Below, piece after piece: positions 23,747 through 38,800 of a stretch of 64,000 bases of DNA (positions are counted from its first letter, which is position 1; every line of letters begins with the position of its first letter). The notes beneath the pieces are model-generated. The model had not been told where the DNA came from. It was given only the letters and a program-made list of their open reading frames with translations, and made no database searches. The stretch covers positions 31,188,001-31,252,000 of the forward strand of contig CM119371.1 of the NCBI GenBank assembly GCA_051294905.1, written 5' to 3'. A program made the position numbers and the translations under genes. Source of the DNA: Botryllus schlosseri. Taxonomy: Eukaryota.

Positions 23747-23854
23747 GCGGGTGCTCCACGATTGACATTTTATTAACTTGAAATATATACATCAGTTGAT
23801 TAACTCAAACTGTTTGGTCATTTTAGATCACAGCTCCTGTCGCGACAATGCACT

Positions 23855-26800
23855 TCATCTGTCTGTCATTTCCACTGCCTCGGTTTCTTCCGGAGCGGAA
23901 GCTGGTAATGGTCTTCCGATTCTCTTCATCTTGTGCCAAATGATTTCAGGAAGATCCGAATAGAGAAGCGGATTCAACGCACTATTAATTGGTACGATCA
24001 GCAAACCAGCCGGCAGGTATACATCTTTCGGTACGACAACGCCTGCACGAAATTTAGAAGTTATGTGCTGGTTTATCAGCAATTTATTTATTAATGATTA
24101 GGTAACTAAATGAAATATTCATGCCCAGTGTTGATTAATACATAGGGTATTCATATGGTTTACGTAAGGATACACTGTCATAGTCATGATTGATTTATGC
24201 GGAAATTTAAATGGGGAAAGATTTTGGTATATTTTATATATATTCACAAATATAATATAATACTTTTTGTTCAGCAAAAATGCATATAAGGAACAAAGAC
24301 ATGTATTCTCATGCACGTTAAATCGTTCATCGCAGTACAATCTGACGAAAAATGTTATCTTTTACTTGCAATATGTCCATGTAATCCTGACCAGGTTGAA
24401 GTTTATCAGTCATGGTAATGATTTATTTATACTCCACCAAACACATGTGAAAATCAAATTTCGTAGTCGTAAACGGTTAATATTCCTAACAAGATCTGGC
24501 GTTTTAAACGAATCAACTTTCGTAATCGTGTGAGAAAACTGACATGAGCATATTTTTTACTCTAAAATTCACAAGCTATATTAGGAAGCACGTACCGTTT
24601 AGCACTATTTTCCACTCCGGAAAATATGCTACACATGTTCTACTCACCGTTAAAACTCAAGAAACCGATGATACAAATCGGTATCCAGCAGAGGAAGTCA
24701 GATATCACGATTCGTGTCAGCTTGCGTTGTAGTCTGTTGCTTTCCTTATTATTCTTTTCTTCGCTGGCGTTAATTTCAATCGCGGTTGAAGTGACCATGG
24801 CGTGTCTACAAAAATTAGAGTTCCGTCTGGGGTAGTCGAACTAGAACATCAAACCGGATAAGTCTTTAACCATGCCCACGGTTAGTAATTTGGTTAGTTA
24901 GTTGGTTAGTCCAGTTAGCCCGGAACGACAACCGCTTACCTGAACAACAAAACGTAGCAAACGAGCATGTAGAGAAATGCTACAAAATTCAGAAGCAGCA
25001 GAAAGAATGAATATCCCCAAGCCCTGTCCACGGATGGGTCAGGAAAAAATGTCGGCAGACAAACGCCGTGACTTGAATAGTAGCCGAATTCATACGCCAC
25101 TGTCATGTTCGGGTTTATGTCCAGAATCATATCCTTTAACTGGCTCCAATCAGTAAATCTGGAAATTATTTTTACTACCTTTGTAAGCAGTTAAATTGTT
25201 ATTTGTTTGTGCTACTATACGTACTTATGTTGAGGCTGGGTGGTAGTTTGAATTAGGCTGAGCCACTTATTCATGTACTGAAGATCTTGATACTTCAAAA
25301 CCTTGAACATTTGGTTTTCGGTGAACCTTTAAGATAGGAATGTAGGAGCAGTCAAGTTGAGAGAAATTTGATTATCACAAACAAGGTGACCTTGCTTCGT
25401 CAGGATGACTTTATATCGTAACGACTTCATGTTTGTAACTTCTCGCCATTATTGGTAAATCGGGTATTGCTGGATATGGTTAAGGTTTCCATATTAATTA
25501 ATGAAGTAATTTTGAATAGTGTTGGAAGTGTTGTCGGAGTAATGTAAGCTTGGCAATTTCGTTATGCCATAACAAAGAAGATTGTAAACGATGGGAAGAA
25601 TTTATTTACCCCCGTAAAAATTCAAAAGTTTTGAAACACATTATGTACCAACCGTTACTCATAAATAAGCGTCAATCATAACTTTTTGGAAATGCTGGAA
25701 TTTCCTAATCTGCTGAATTATGACTTATGGTATTTTCGGTCGCGTCAATGGTTTTATTTGCAGCAGTAACGAAATAGATACCGAAATAGTTTTCGATGTT
25801 AGCTGTCGAATGACTCACAACATTTCTCGAAACCTTCCAATGGGGCCTCCGCAATAAATTAGAGCTAGCTTGCAGTGATCATAAACCGCAAAAAAACAAA
25901 ATTGAAAACATTATTGTCACAGATGTTCCCATGCAATCGCAAGTATATAAGCGTGTTCAGTCACGCAAAAATTAGTGGATACTTACGAAATGCTGCTCAC
26001 AAAATAATCTTCGATAAGTGGAATGAGAGGGATTATACCAAGTAATATCGATACAAACCATGAAATGGAAACTGCTATAGTTGTTACAGCAACGCGCGGC
26101 CGAGAAAACGGTCTGAAAATAATCACAATCTGCTGAAAATTATGATTGTGATATTAGACGATTGACCAAACCATGCACTTGAACGATATAGTGGTGTGGT
26201 TGTGGAACATCATTAAATTGAGAAACTGCAGTGAAGCAGTATCCGTGAACGGGAATGAACTTGGCATATTTGCTGCTGAATAGAGATTTACGACCATTTT
26301 GATGATTATTCTCCGTGATTTGCTTACACTATACATGTGTATATGTATTATGGCTGCAGCACCACAGCTGCGTTGACTCTAGATACGAATCGTGTCACAG
26401 TGAACACGGTGAACTCGTATGCAAATGAAAAACAAATATCGAGCGGATTTATTTTTTAGATGGAGCTTATGTGACCTCAGTTATGGTAACACGCTACACG
26501 TTCGACGTATAACGTATATGACTCGCATCTAAGGTGGGAACTCATAGTTGATTGATTTTTCGGTACGTTGTTACTTCATAGTGTATAACAGAACGACTAA
26601 ACTACTCAAATCAGAGTCAAATATCTATTGTAATATGTCTTGGCTCTGCCAAGTTTCCATGTATCAGAAGTTTGTCTGGGCTCCCTCAAAAGTCTTCAAA
26701 AGCCAAGAGGAGGAGGTAGTCGAACTCGAGAAAGTTGGCAGCATAGATACGATAAAGGGCGCAGGAAAGCGACAGTTTATGAACAGAGTTAGTGCGAGAG

Positions 26801-29800
26801 AATGACAAGTCGTCCGTGAAGGCAAAATACACTGAACTTTATCAAATACATCGTAGTGGCGAACCAGGCCTGAATATGCAATAAGCGATACTGTCGTCTT
26901 CGTGTAATAATGATTATAATATTATTTGTAATAATTCTACACGAGCAGTGATTAGTGAGAGTATAGATTTTTGTTCGAGGGTGCGCCATTGCGCTAAGAG
27001 TTATTTTATTGGCGAACAAATATAGTTTCGACACTTGACTCCTTGAACCGTGAAAACTAGGTCGGCCATAACTCAACATCCAAAACATATTGCAACCGGC
27101 TACAGTATTTCAGTGAGTTCAGTGGGCGAACCCAAGCACTAACATTGTTTCGCTTGTTGCGAACACGGAAAATATCTCAAATTCTCTGGTCAATATTGCA
27201 TTTACGTCGCCATCATAGCAGTGGTACTCAAACAATCGTCTTGAACCAAATTGGAATATTCGAATCGTGACCAAATTACCCATGCACGCCAATTAAAATG
27301 GGCAGAGATACAACCTTATGCAACAATCATCTCTTTTTCAGAGATGTCTCACCATTTCAGCTTAATAACAGCATGACAAACCTCATTACAGAGTATAGTC
27401 TGTGGCTTGCGATGATTGCCATTGTGAAGACGGATTGCTCGGACCCAATAACCATGATCGCACCCAAGGCGGAACAAGTGCTACTGGATCTCCATGCGTG
27501 ATCGATTTGACAATAGTCGGTGTTAGTTTGCGAAGCCTTTAGTGAGATCGAAAACGCATAAATCTGAAAATTGCAAAGCTCATTGTTAATTTCTGATAAT
27601 AAATGTAACCCACATCCAACTCACCCCCACCAGTAAATCAGAGACTGATAAGCTTAATATCAATCTGCTAGTGAGGTTGGTGCGTATCGAAGATTTTGCC
27701 ACATTATCGGATAAGAATGGTTTGATCGCCGACCATACGGTTATCATTATCACTGCCGTACAACCGATCATTGCCCCTAAGCCTGAGTAAAATAACCATT
27801 ACTGCAGTGCTGCCAGCATTTTTCTGTATACTCGTGGCATTTTGATGATGGTTTGTACATCAAAAGCAGCATAGTTGGTTAACTGAGCTTTATATAACAT
27901 ATTTTACTGTACTGTTCTAATATAAAAAATTGACATTAGTTCCAGCTAGAAAAAGATGCATTGATAATGATTTTGTACGATCAAGCACAGCCAGCCGTTT
28001 TGGATCCGACGATTATAACAGAAACGTGGCGATAACAAACCAATCGGCTTACTTATTATCCAGCTGAGCGCAAGAATCGCTTTACTCGTTATCATCGATT
28101 TTTCGTCGGAAAAAGCGCTGTCGATGCATCCAGGCTGACATTCATCGATTCCGGACTTGCAATCTTTAATTCCGTCGCATACCTGCATGTGATCGACGGA
28201 ATTCGATTGGTGTTGAAGTAAATGTCACGTCATCTGACACTGATAAAACAGGCTTAATCTGAATATCTGGTTCGTATCTCGGGGTATACCGTGGCCAGAA
28301 TATCGACACTACAGATATTTACTCCAGTAAATATACCAGCATAATATCAGTGTTGGGATGACTCGTTTCATGACTTGACTGATTCGAGTCACTTTGTAAA
28401 AATGACTTGACTTGACTCGGCGCTGCAGTACTATATATCGATGAAATATCGTTGCAAAATTCATTCATTCATTCCAAAGAAAATTGATCAATTATCCAAA
28501 ATTTTCGTTGCGCCTTGCGCGAAATATACCGACGATGTATTTTGTGTTTCCACGAATGCAGTGGTTAGTATATTTCGCTTAAAATGTGTTTCTGATATAT
28601 ATTGCAGCAAACAGCGTCCCGAAATCTGAAAGCGTGGTTCAATAAAAGTGAGAGCCATTAGTAGGCTTGCAGTAGTCATGGTTTGAAGCTTTCTGACCAG
28701 AATGATCTTTGTTTTCGAGAGATACAAAATGCAACGTCACCGAATTGGGGTGTGTACATTCGGCTCAAACGCAATAGGTATAACAGTTGTTATAAGAACC
28801 TTGATTTGATCCCGAAAATAGTCCATACAATTATCAGATTGGTAATTAGTCAAATGCTCATCAGGTGCGATTCAAACGCGAAATATTTCCAAGAGTCGAG
28901 TGTAAACCCGAAAAAATGCTCCAGACTTGGGCGTCTACGACATCATCTTTAGTACAGTCCTCAAAATATTGTTAGCGCCAAACTATGAGAATTTCCGAAA
29001 GGAGCGTTAAGGGGAAAAAGGTCAAGACCCACCGATTTAAAGTATGAAACGAACAAAATTAATGCAAATTATGATGGTCAGCATCGGGTCAGATCGGGTT
29101 GAGAGATCCGTTGAAATGAAAATGTATCTTTCATTATCTCAGTGTCACGAACGAATTGAGAAAAAATTAATATTACAACTCAAATCTCACGGAATCTAGT
29201 GAAATATACTGCAACGCTCCATCGTCTTCGCAGTTGAAATGGGGACATCCTTCCTCGTCTGCTCCATTATCGCAATCCTAAAATAATGAGTCGAATTTTG
29301 CATTACATGCGGTTGCTATAGCATCTGGAGGTATATCTTTAAATCCCTGTCCTAGAGCAGAGCGCGACTGCGATTTATGTCGGTACAGTAATAATCAACC
29401 AAATGACCGCATGTAATTGAGCGATGGCAATGTTCATAAATCAAACTACTATACTGATACGGCAAAAGGCCCTCAATCAATATCGCCGCATACTGATAGT
29501 GCATACTGTCTACATGTGCGGAAAAACGACTGATATCCCACTGGACTCCAAGCATGTTTCTCAAAAATGGAATCCCAGTCAGATCAGACTCCAAGGTCGG
29601 AATTTTGAAATAAGCAAGATGCGATCATTTACGAGTAGCAATACCTAGTATACTGCAAATATATTAGACCATACGTTAAGGTGGGTTTATATTATGACTC
29701 GTTTATGATCGGATTAACTCGGTGGATAGTGGCTGGTGGCTACTGGCTACAATATAGTCAGTAGGTACAATGGCGCCACTACGGCGGCCCGATAAGACTC

Positions 29801-32800
29801 TGACAGGTAGAAAAAACATATTATGAATCTGACTTGGATCCGAGTCCGGCCTAATCAGTAAAAGTATGAATTCGGAATTCGGAAAACAATTGAAGGTATC
29901 CAGTCCATGGATAATCCATGCCTCGCACTACTCTGTGTCTGTATACAGACCTGTTTTACATGCTCGTTAGAAATGTTCAAGGAACATTGATAATTCGTAA
30001 TACAATTATACTGCCTGTTTGTCGCACTTCTTTTCGATCGGGATATTGGGAGTAGGCTCGTCTGTACAGTAGAACCTGTAAAGAATGGCAAAGACTGTAT
30101 ATTATATTGCTCGCCAGGCTAGTAAATCCGATTATTCGAAGAAAGGTGGTAAATAATTTCGAACACCGGGGTTTCGTCATGCAGGCTATATTCAACAAAA
30201 TCGAGGTGGACATACTGCTAAGATTTTACTTATTTTACGTCCCTCATTCATTTTATAAGTACTATACCGCCTTCTATCGGTTTAGAAGAGCAATGTAAGT
30301 GCATGCCGAGCCCCGAATGTAAGCAAAACCTCATCCCAACTCCTATTTGCGATAGACCAATGAATTCACCTTGAATTGCAGCCACGCTCGTCGCTATGGT
30401 TGTCGCAAATGACAGTCCCGTCGCACATCATATCCAATGAAAGATGTAATTGTTGTCCAGTGTCGTAGTGGAGGCAACTTTTAGGAAAAAGTTATGCGAC
30501 TGTCACATATGCTTGGGGGGGGGGTCAGTTGCGCGGTACCTATAGTTTTGTGGGGTAAAAATGACTTAGACTTTCAGACAACATCTACTTGGCTATTATT
30601 TAGGAAAAACTTCTAATATTTAACACTTTAAAGTTTGTATGGTAGAAAGAAAGTTTGGAACATGTTGTATCAATTTTATGAATGAAATTGTCAATTAAAA
30701 GTACGAAATAACCCCTGTATTACGGTAACTGAATATATATTAGAACATCGCTCGATTCGTAATGTCATTAGTTGCATCCACACTGCCGGAAGTAACCATC
30801 TGCTGCTGAGATGTGGCATGTTCTTACAGACGTCATTGTGTGTCACAATACCAAACTTCATTACGACGCAAAATTTGGGGCTGATTCTTTTTCTATGACC
30901 ACGAGCAGAATATAATATATATTATCGGCATTAGTACTGCCATAGCTCTCGAATATTAGCCATTTATCAAATTTCGCGCTCACCGAGCCCGTGTAAATAG
31001 TGTCGTACATTAGCTTTGGTCAAATGGAAAGAATGAAGTGAGCGAGCAGATAGAATCACATTAGCCGGGAAATTTGCTAGTGTCCACACCACTGTAGGGC
31101 ACTATCCCACAGCAGTGTAGAGCTGCCTGGTAGAAAAGGACAAGAAGCGATGACCTGTGACCTCGGCACTATAGAGATAGCTCGATTGCAATGGTATATT
31201 TCGTAAAAATCGTTTAACTGCAATTCGAATATGGTTGCCTTCTGAGAAAAATGGTTGTTGACAAAATGTACACTTGCACAGTGCACAGTGATGCAGTTGC
31301 CATTATCGATTACGACATAGCCTGGATACTGGCCGAAAACCTCGTATTCCAGGAAATTAGATATGGAAACTCACGCCCCGTAGAGAAAGCCGCTGTATTC
31401 CTCAAACAATGTATATTGGTAGCCATATACATCCATAGATTCGCAGAATTCTGGTGCCGTCTCACAATGGCATTCTTCGTCCACGAAACTGTCGCATTCT
31501 GGTATCCCATCACACTTCGTGGCATCTGAATACCAATCCAATACCCTATCACATTCATCACAAGGTAGAGAGCGTTTTATAATTGGACCAGGTATACGTG
31601 GCTTACTTCTGCCGACCGGATCTCCGCATTCGTAGTCCAGCGTCTTGTTGCGTTGAAAGGCATTGTCTCTGGGCTCTGAAGTAAACAACAAATGACCACG
31701 CCTCATCGCAAATTACGTTTAGTAAAAAGTAGGTATTGCCAGCATATCCCCTCTACAGAAGGATTCAGCAGCAGCGGCAAGGCTCATAGTTGATGAGGCA
31801 CTGACCCTTTTAGGGTCATATTCACAAATATGAATCCATACATAAACCCAAAACGGTAGCTTAATCGAGTAGTGACATATTTATTTTCGCAATAGCACTT
31901 TTCGCATTCAGGATACGTACGAAGGTACTACATACAATGTACTACCATGCCAACTTACCTTCATGTATGCAATGAGCTTCATCTTCCATTTGCAGACAAT
32001 CCAACCTATTTGTATGGATATACAATACATATGTGTATTATATGTATACAATACATATGTGATATGGCATAATAATAAAATTAGGTAGTCCTGAACATTC
32101 GTGATGATGATATGAGCAATGCTGGAAAACATTTCTAAAAAATACAACATTTAAGCAGAGGTGGTCAGTAACGAAGTACTTCTACTTTTTCGAAGTACTC
32201 AAGTAGTTTCCCTCTACTTCTGGTACTTACTCAAGTATATATATCTTTCACTACTTCTACTTCTACGTCGTATTATCTCGTGAATTACTTACTTACTTTT
32301 CGCTATTTTCAGTTTGTCAAGTAGAAGTAGTTTAATCCCCCAAAAAGAAAAAAAAAGCTTAAGTAATTCGAACTGTTTTTACGCAATAATACCAAGATTT
32401 AATTTTCATAAAAGTCATGCAATGCCCCGATTTTTCGTTGCGCTTCGCGTACATTAGATATGGAGTGTCAAATATGTTTTAACAAAAGTATCGCTGAATA
32501 TAATTTACATACCGGTTTGCGTGGTTCCATTCACACCACGTTGTCGCCTATATCAAATATTTCATCACAGCAACGATGGCCCCCCATAACGTTTGAAACT
32601 ACCGTTTGGCAATCTAGCAATTACCTATTATACCTAGCAGTCTATAGCAGACCACCGGTGAAACTTTCTGGAAAAAAGATATGAAATATATTTTCCGTTG
32701 TTTAGAAGTAGTATTTGTATTTTTATTTCAATTGCGAGTATTATACGTTGAATTCTAATTATAGTTTCAGTTTTTTTTTTTGTCTGGAGAACATACATGT

Positions 32801-35800
32801 TGAAGTATAAAAGCAAGTGTAGTAATGCCTTATATTTTCCGTAAATAAAGCTATACACTATATGGCATTTTACAATCTGCCATAGTTTTAGTTCACGTAT
32901 AGTAATCGCGCAAAGTGTTAAAGCCGTATCCGACACAACTTCTCCGTATTGCTCTTCGACTGAAATAGTTGCCTTATAATATGGGGAAGGGCGCCATGCC
33001 ATGATATTGGCTAAAACGGGGTCTTCGAGTAAACAAAGGATTAGTAGGCTATCGCATTTTCATATCAATACTATCATTTACATCCCATGATGTGAACGAA
33101 TGCTTATTACGGCAAAAATTGACACCTCCTGATATGCCTCAATATGAATTAAGCTCTCTACACCTTCCGCATAACTCCATTTGCAGCTTTTGACTGTCCA
33201 TGCGAACGAATAACGATCGTTTTCACAACTATTTACTTACTTGAGTAGATTTAAAGTCAGTCAATTCTACTTCTACTTGAAGTAGTTTTAGGTTGCTTAT
33301 GTAAGAAGTACTTCTACTCGTACTTGAGTAGATATTTTCGTCGCTACTTCTACTTCTACTTGAGTAGCGTTCGTGACTACTTTGACCACTTCTGCATTTA
33401 AGTGACTGGTTCTTGACCTTTCTCCTTATTACTACCGCTGAGAAGAACCTGACAATGGCCTCAATAAATTATCCGTGGTACAGATCTTGAAAATCATTCG
33501 TACTGAATGTTTCATCGCAATATATTTCTTCACATTCTCCGAGGCTTTTCGATTAACCGTCGTCTGGAGAAATCTCCATTACGAAGTTAAAATACAAACC
33601 ATAGAATTGAACGAAGTAAAGTCAGATTTAACGTTGAATGTTGTTATATTAAGATTTCAGATGACGAAATAGTTACCACGCTTGCAATTGAAATAGGGAA
33701 TCCAGTTAAGTCGAGTGATTTGATTGATTAACATAACATCAACTGTCGATCGACATTATGAAACTATAAAATAATTCTTTTCACCAGCAGGAAGTTGTTT
33801 AAGGCTTACGGTGAAAATTGTGTCTGATTGTCCAATACAGTGTTTCTTAACCATTTGAATTTTCAATGTCATTTCTCTTATCCTCGTTTATTTTGACACA
33901 CCTTCTGATACGGCCATTTCATTAACACCCTTTATTACCATTTTTCGCAATCAAATATGCTATTTATGAAGAAATCCGGGGTTGTCCAAGACCTATCTGA
34001 TGATTTCCTTTGGCCTATCAGGCATTGTCTCATTTTTCAAAAGTTAGTGAATAAATTTTGTCAGTAATATAACGCAAGACTGGAATCAAGTTATAGAGAA
34101 TGTCTCGAGTCATATGATTTAACCGAGTCAAGCGCAATGACTCGAGTAAAGGTCGAGTCGATACACAAAATGCCTCAAGTCGAGACGAGTTATTTTTCAT
34201 TTTTCAGAAAATCGAGGCAACGAAAAACTGTGACACGAACCTCTGTCATATCAATTCGCATGTCAAACTGCGACACAGACTCCTGGTGAAGAACCCTCGG
34301 TGTCATGTATTTAAATGGGATGCTGAGTGACAAGTGAAAAATGGAAAACGTTCAACACCATATAGTTAGCAGGATATTGTTATAGTTGTTGTCTTATCGC
34401 GGAGGAGCGTGTTAATGGCTAATCAGATTCGTTTAGTCTTCGCTATCATAGCGTTCTTGCTTTGGTTTGCACAAGCTGCAGAGATTGTCTGACATGATGG
34501 AAACGAATAGGATTAAGCATTGCTATACTTCTGAGCCATAAAAAAGCTCCCAATAACAGATCCTAATTTTGCTGCTAACCATAGCATTGGCCGTTACTCC
34601 ATTATATCAATTTGTCACTAGACATTCGAATTGAATGCATTTGAGATAATTTTCATCAAGACCCTAATACTGAATTCATGTCGATATGAAGAATTCATTT
34701 ACTAGGGCTGGTGTGAACCTCTGGAAGGTTCAGGTTTGTGTGAACGCGAACCTTTTTGATAGGTTCTGTGAGAACGTGAATTTCATGACGTCACGTGACG
34801 TCATATTGCTAATTCTACATTTCAGCGATGTGATAGCCTATATTGATGAACACGATAGCTATAGCGAAGACTCGGGCCACATAATGCCACAATGCTGAAG
34901 TACATATTGAAGTTTTAAACGTCGCCGAATGTATCAACTGGAGCAATTAAATGATATAATATTACCATAAAATCAATACCTTCCGTCGCTTTGCCAACAA
35001 TTTCGACTGGGACTCGCAAAGAATATAAGCTCACGCCCTTACGGTCTAGGCCAGACCGAACAATATATTCGGCGTCTGAGTATTGTTACGCTGATATTTA
35101 GCAGATATAGATCCATTCTTTATATCGATATCATTGATTGGTTGAATAATCATCAGTTGCTGACTACCTACATGTAGTGTATTTCGCTCTTGTTGTTGTG
35201 TGATTGCGGGTCAAGCTCACTGCAAAGAGTCCCTCAGTGTTCGAGCAAACATTTGTAACAAAGCAAGTAATTTTTTTAGATAGCCAAGCTGCATGCTCGT
35301 TTAGTGTTGATTATGTTCTGCCGCCAACACCAACCATATAGTGGCCAGCAGTCGAAATATAATAAATTTCATCTAAAGATGTTATAATGAAGTCAAAATT
35401 GAAATATATGAAAAAGGTTCACAGTGCAGAACCTACCAAGGTTCAAGGAACATCTAAATTTCTGAGGTTCGTACACAGAGCTCGAATGTGAACTTCACGT
35501 TCACACCATCCCTGTTATTAACAACCAGCAATGATTCTAGAAAATCACGGAAAATCTGAATTAACACGCTGGTCGACACTACGTTGATCAGTATGTTGAA
35601 AATGAGCTTATGTCCAATTCACACCTCCATAACTGATCTGCATAGCCGGAATGAGATGAGTAGCATAATTTGAAGACGTCATGCAAGCATTGTTACCCAA
35701 TGCAGAAGAACGGCAAAAACAAGTCCAATAAAAAAGTAGTGATTGTTTAATAATTATAAGTTGTTGCAAAGAAACTACTAGCTTTGCATAGGAAATCCTA

Positions 35801-38800
35801 ATTATGCAGAGATCATTGATTTCGAGAAATTTCATAAAACGTTGGTACGACATTATTGCAAGGTGGACAACCTGTTGTCACATACGCTTGTAACGTTAAT
35901 CTGTACTGTAGTTCCATTCCCCTCACATCGAATTGACAGTAAATTTGATTTTCCCGTAACGCCCGTAGCTGTGATTGAGATTTAATCAATAGCATTGAAG
36001 TAATTCGAGATCAAAAATAAACGTCCCTTACCAAACATGACATTTTCGCAAAGTTTCGGCCGAGTTGTTTCCTGGCAGAGGCACTCGTCGGTGAGGTCTG
36101 GGCAGTCAAATACGCCATCACATAACTTGGAAATCGGTAAAACGACAAATGGTTCTGTCAGGCATTGGAAACATTTGCTGTCCGATCGGTCTGGTTAGTT
36201 ATGGGATAACATAAACCAATACTCATAAAATTCAAGTAACCTTTTGCTTACATTTTCCGTCCCCAGGACAAATGCACTCGTCTATATCTGCAAGATATAG
36301 ATTATCATTAGAAGGGGAAACTTAAAATGTATAACGAAACATATCTCTTGTGACCTGCATGACATGCGATCTAAAGAATTGAATTCGACTATACTTATTC
36401 CGCAGACAGTGTGGTCGTCTTGTCGTTGCTATACTCTACATGACCGTCAGATTAGGATATCTAGCATTCTTCCGAAACCATGTACTGAATAATGAGACTT
36501 TGGTGATTTTACATACATATTACAATTCGGGTGTTGCACAAAACTACAGCAAACATTGTCGAGTAAAACAAAACCAAGAATGGAAAACTAGTTGAGCACA
36601 CGCATCTGTGCACGAGATGAAATGGTATTTCCAATCCTTTTTCCGATGTTGAAATCCAAATGCATGTTCACATCCAGATAATTTTTCGCATCCCATCAAG
36701 ATCACCAAGATCAGCATTGAGGAAGGACTGATTCATTATTTTCAAATGTCCTAATTAAAATGGTATAGCAGGGATGGTGTAGCGTGGTATTTATCAGAAT
36801 CTGATATATTATTATAAATGAATTGTTATCGAAAATTGTTGTGATCTTGCGACTTAAGTCAAAATCTAATGGGCTAGGTCGACAAATTTTGAATGTGGAT
36901 GTCTAAATTACAGTTCTGACGCAGTGGCGTATCCAGACGAGGAGGAGGGGCCATACATCCACATTTTTAGTGATTATTTGTACGTTACCATCAATTAGAG
37001 TACTCCGCCGCAGACTTATTCAATTCTAAGGTTTTCTTCTAGTGCCACTGGATTTCTTGCTTTAAATTGGTAGTACCGCTCAGTTAAATTAAAACTGCAC
37101 GTAATTTAAAAAATATTCTTTGATTCGCAATTATGTGAGAACGGAATATCCTCAGTATCGCTTCAGGCTGCTGGGATGCTTCTGTTTAATAGTGTGCGCT
37201 TCCAGAAGGATTCTAGGCGATGAAACCTGTTCATAAATGATCGACTCAAATTGACAGAAAATATAGATATTGATATGGTCAGGCGCCGTTTATCATCCCC
37301 TTAACAATCTGAGTACTGCGGTACAAATGCGACCCATATTATGTGCAATATAGGCAATTACTAATATTATCGACCGAATTAATTCATTACCTTAAATAAA
37401 TTTCGCGGGTCTAAAAACTAATGCACGCCAGCCTTCCATGACGCCATGGAATCATAACCCAACAGTTCAGAAATCGATATTAAAGAGCTGTCATTCCCGA
37501 TATAATTTCAATCAACTCCGTGGTGATAACAGCTTGTCTAGATCGGTTGTATAAGAGGGTCTTATCAATGATTTCACCAGCATTCTTTGTGGCGCAATCC
37601 ATGCAGACCATCAATTTTCATCAATTTTGTGCATATGAAGATAGATCCACCGTTCATCGCTATATACCTAATATGGCTCGCACGACGGTTCGTTAACCGC
37701 ATGTGGCCCTTTTGCCCGATAGGTTATCAGGCCCTGTTGTAAAGTATCAGAAATTCCAAAAACAAGCCCAAAGTCAAATCCAGCATAGAAAATCCTAAAT
37801 ACAAATTTTCTGCTAAATCTAAATCAATCAAGCTCTGTAAATCCATTTGATTTTCTTGTCTAAATCTGAATCCAAGCTCATATCCGATAAATACATGGCC
37901 GATATTGTAACTAGGACGTCCGAATCTACCATGGATCCACAATATGGCGATGACACCACCGGCATTCGTTTTTTAAATGCCCGTCTTAACAACGAGATAG
38001 GTGTTGCGTTAAAAAGTGGCAGATATAATGTGATCCTACACTGGACTTACTGTGGTCACACAGTGGAACCCCATCGCATAGATTCGAGTCAGATATCATG
38101 CATTGCCTCCCGTTTCGATGGCATATTCTTCCCGTAAAATTAGCCATTTCTGACTGGCTAATTTCGTCGCTCCCATCTCTGAAATTAAAAAGCTTTGAAT
38201 AAGGTATCTAACAAGATGTTTACAGGGATTCTTAATTATTATGAAATTGTGTGTGTCCAATATCACGGTGAAAACAGAACTTGCATTTTCGGCAGCTCGG
38301 TTTTTGTAGCACTACTCATATCCCTAGCACGTTACCCAAATTTATCCTCATGTGGTTTCTGAGAGAAACCCAGACTGTGACTGCGAACGAATTATAATAT
38401 AAAGAATAAACCATTCTCTACATCATATAACACTTCGATACGCTAATCGTAGTGGGGATATTACCAGTGACATCTTCAGCGTGATAATTAATACAGTTAT
38501 ACGCTGGTCATCATAATGAAAGAAAATATTTTGGGGCATAACATGTAACAATGTTTTGAATGTTGAAGAAGACGAATTTGATAAAATTGTTGCCTGATTG
38601 ACTCTAGTTTAGAAGATAGATATACCGCGAAATAACCCAAAATAATGTATTTCCTCCATAAATGCATAAACTACTAGGAGTAATTCGTTGCTTTTTCCAC
38701 TTTATACTTCACATAAATAGAAAACTGACTATGAATAAAACTCATGTTGTCCATGGTTATTCGATGAATATGAACTTGATGACCTGGTGTGAACTATTTT

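Noticed and set aside
30012..30016. GC-AG donor after ..CDKQ
   Set aside because: The GT donor three bases later gives CDKQA|DC, the correct LDLa spacing, so no non-canonical site is needed.
35608..35995. Cys-containing ORFs (GCPPCNN, WTCFCRS) as extra exons of gene B
   Set aside because: No LDLa pattern and no phase-compatible donor before a stop; 36032 splices to 31675 in frame without them.
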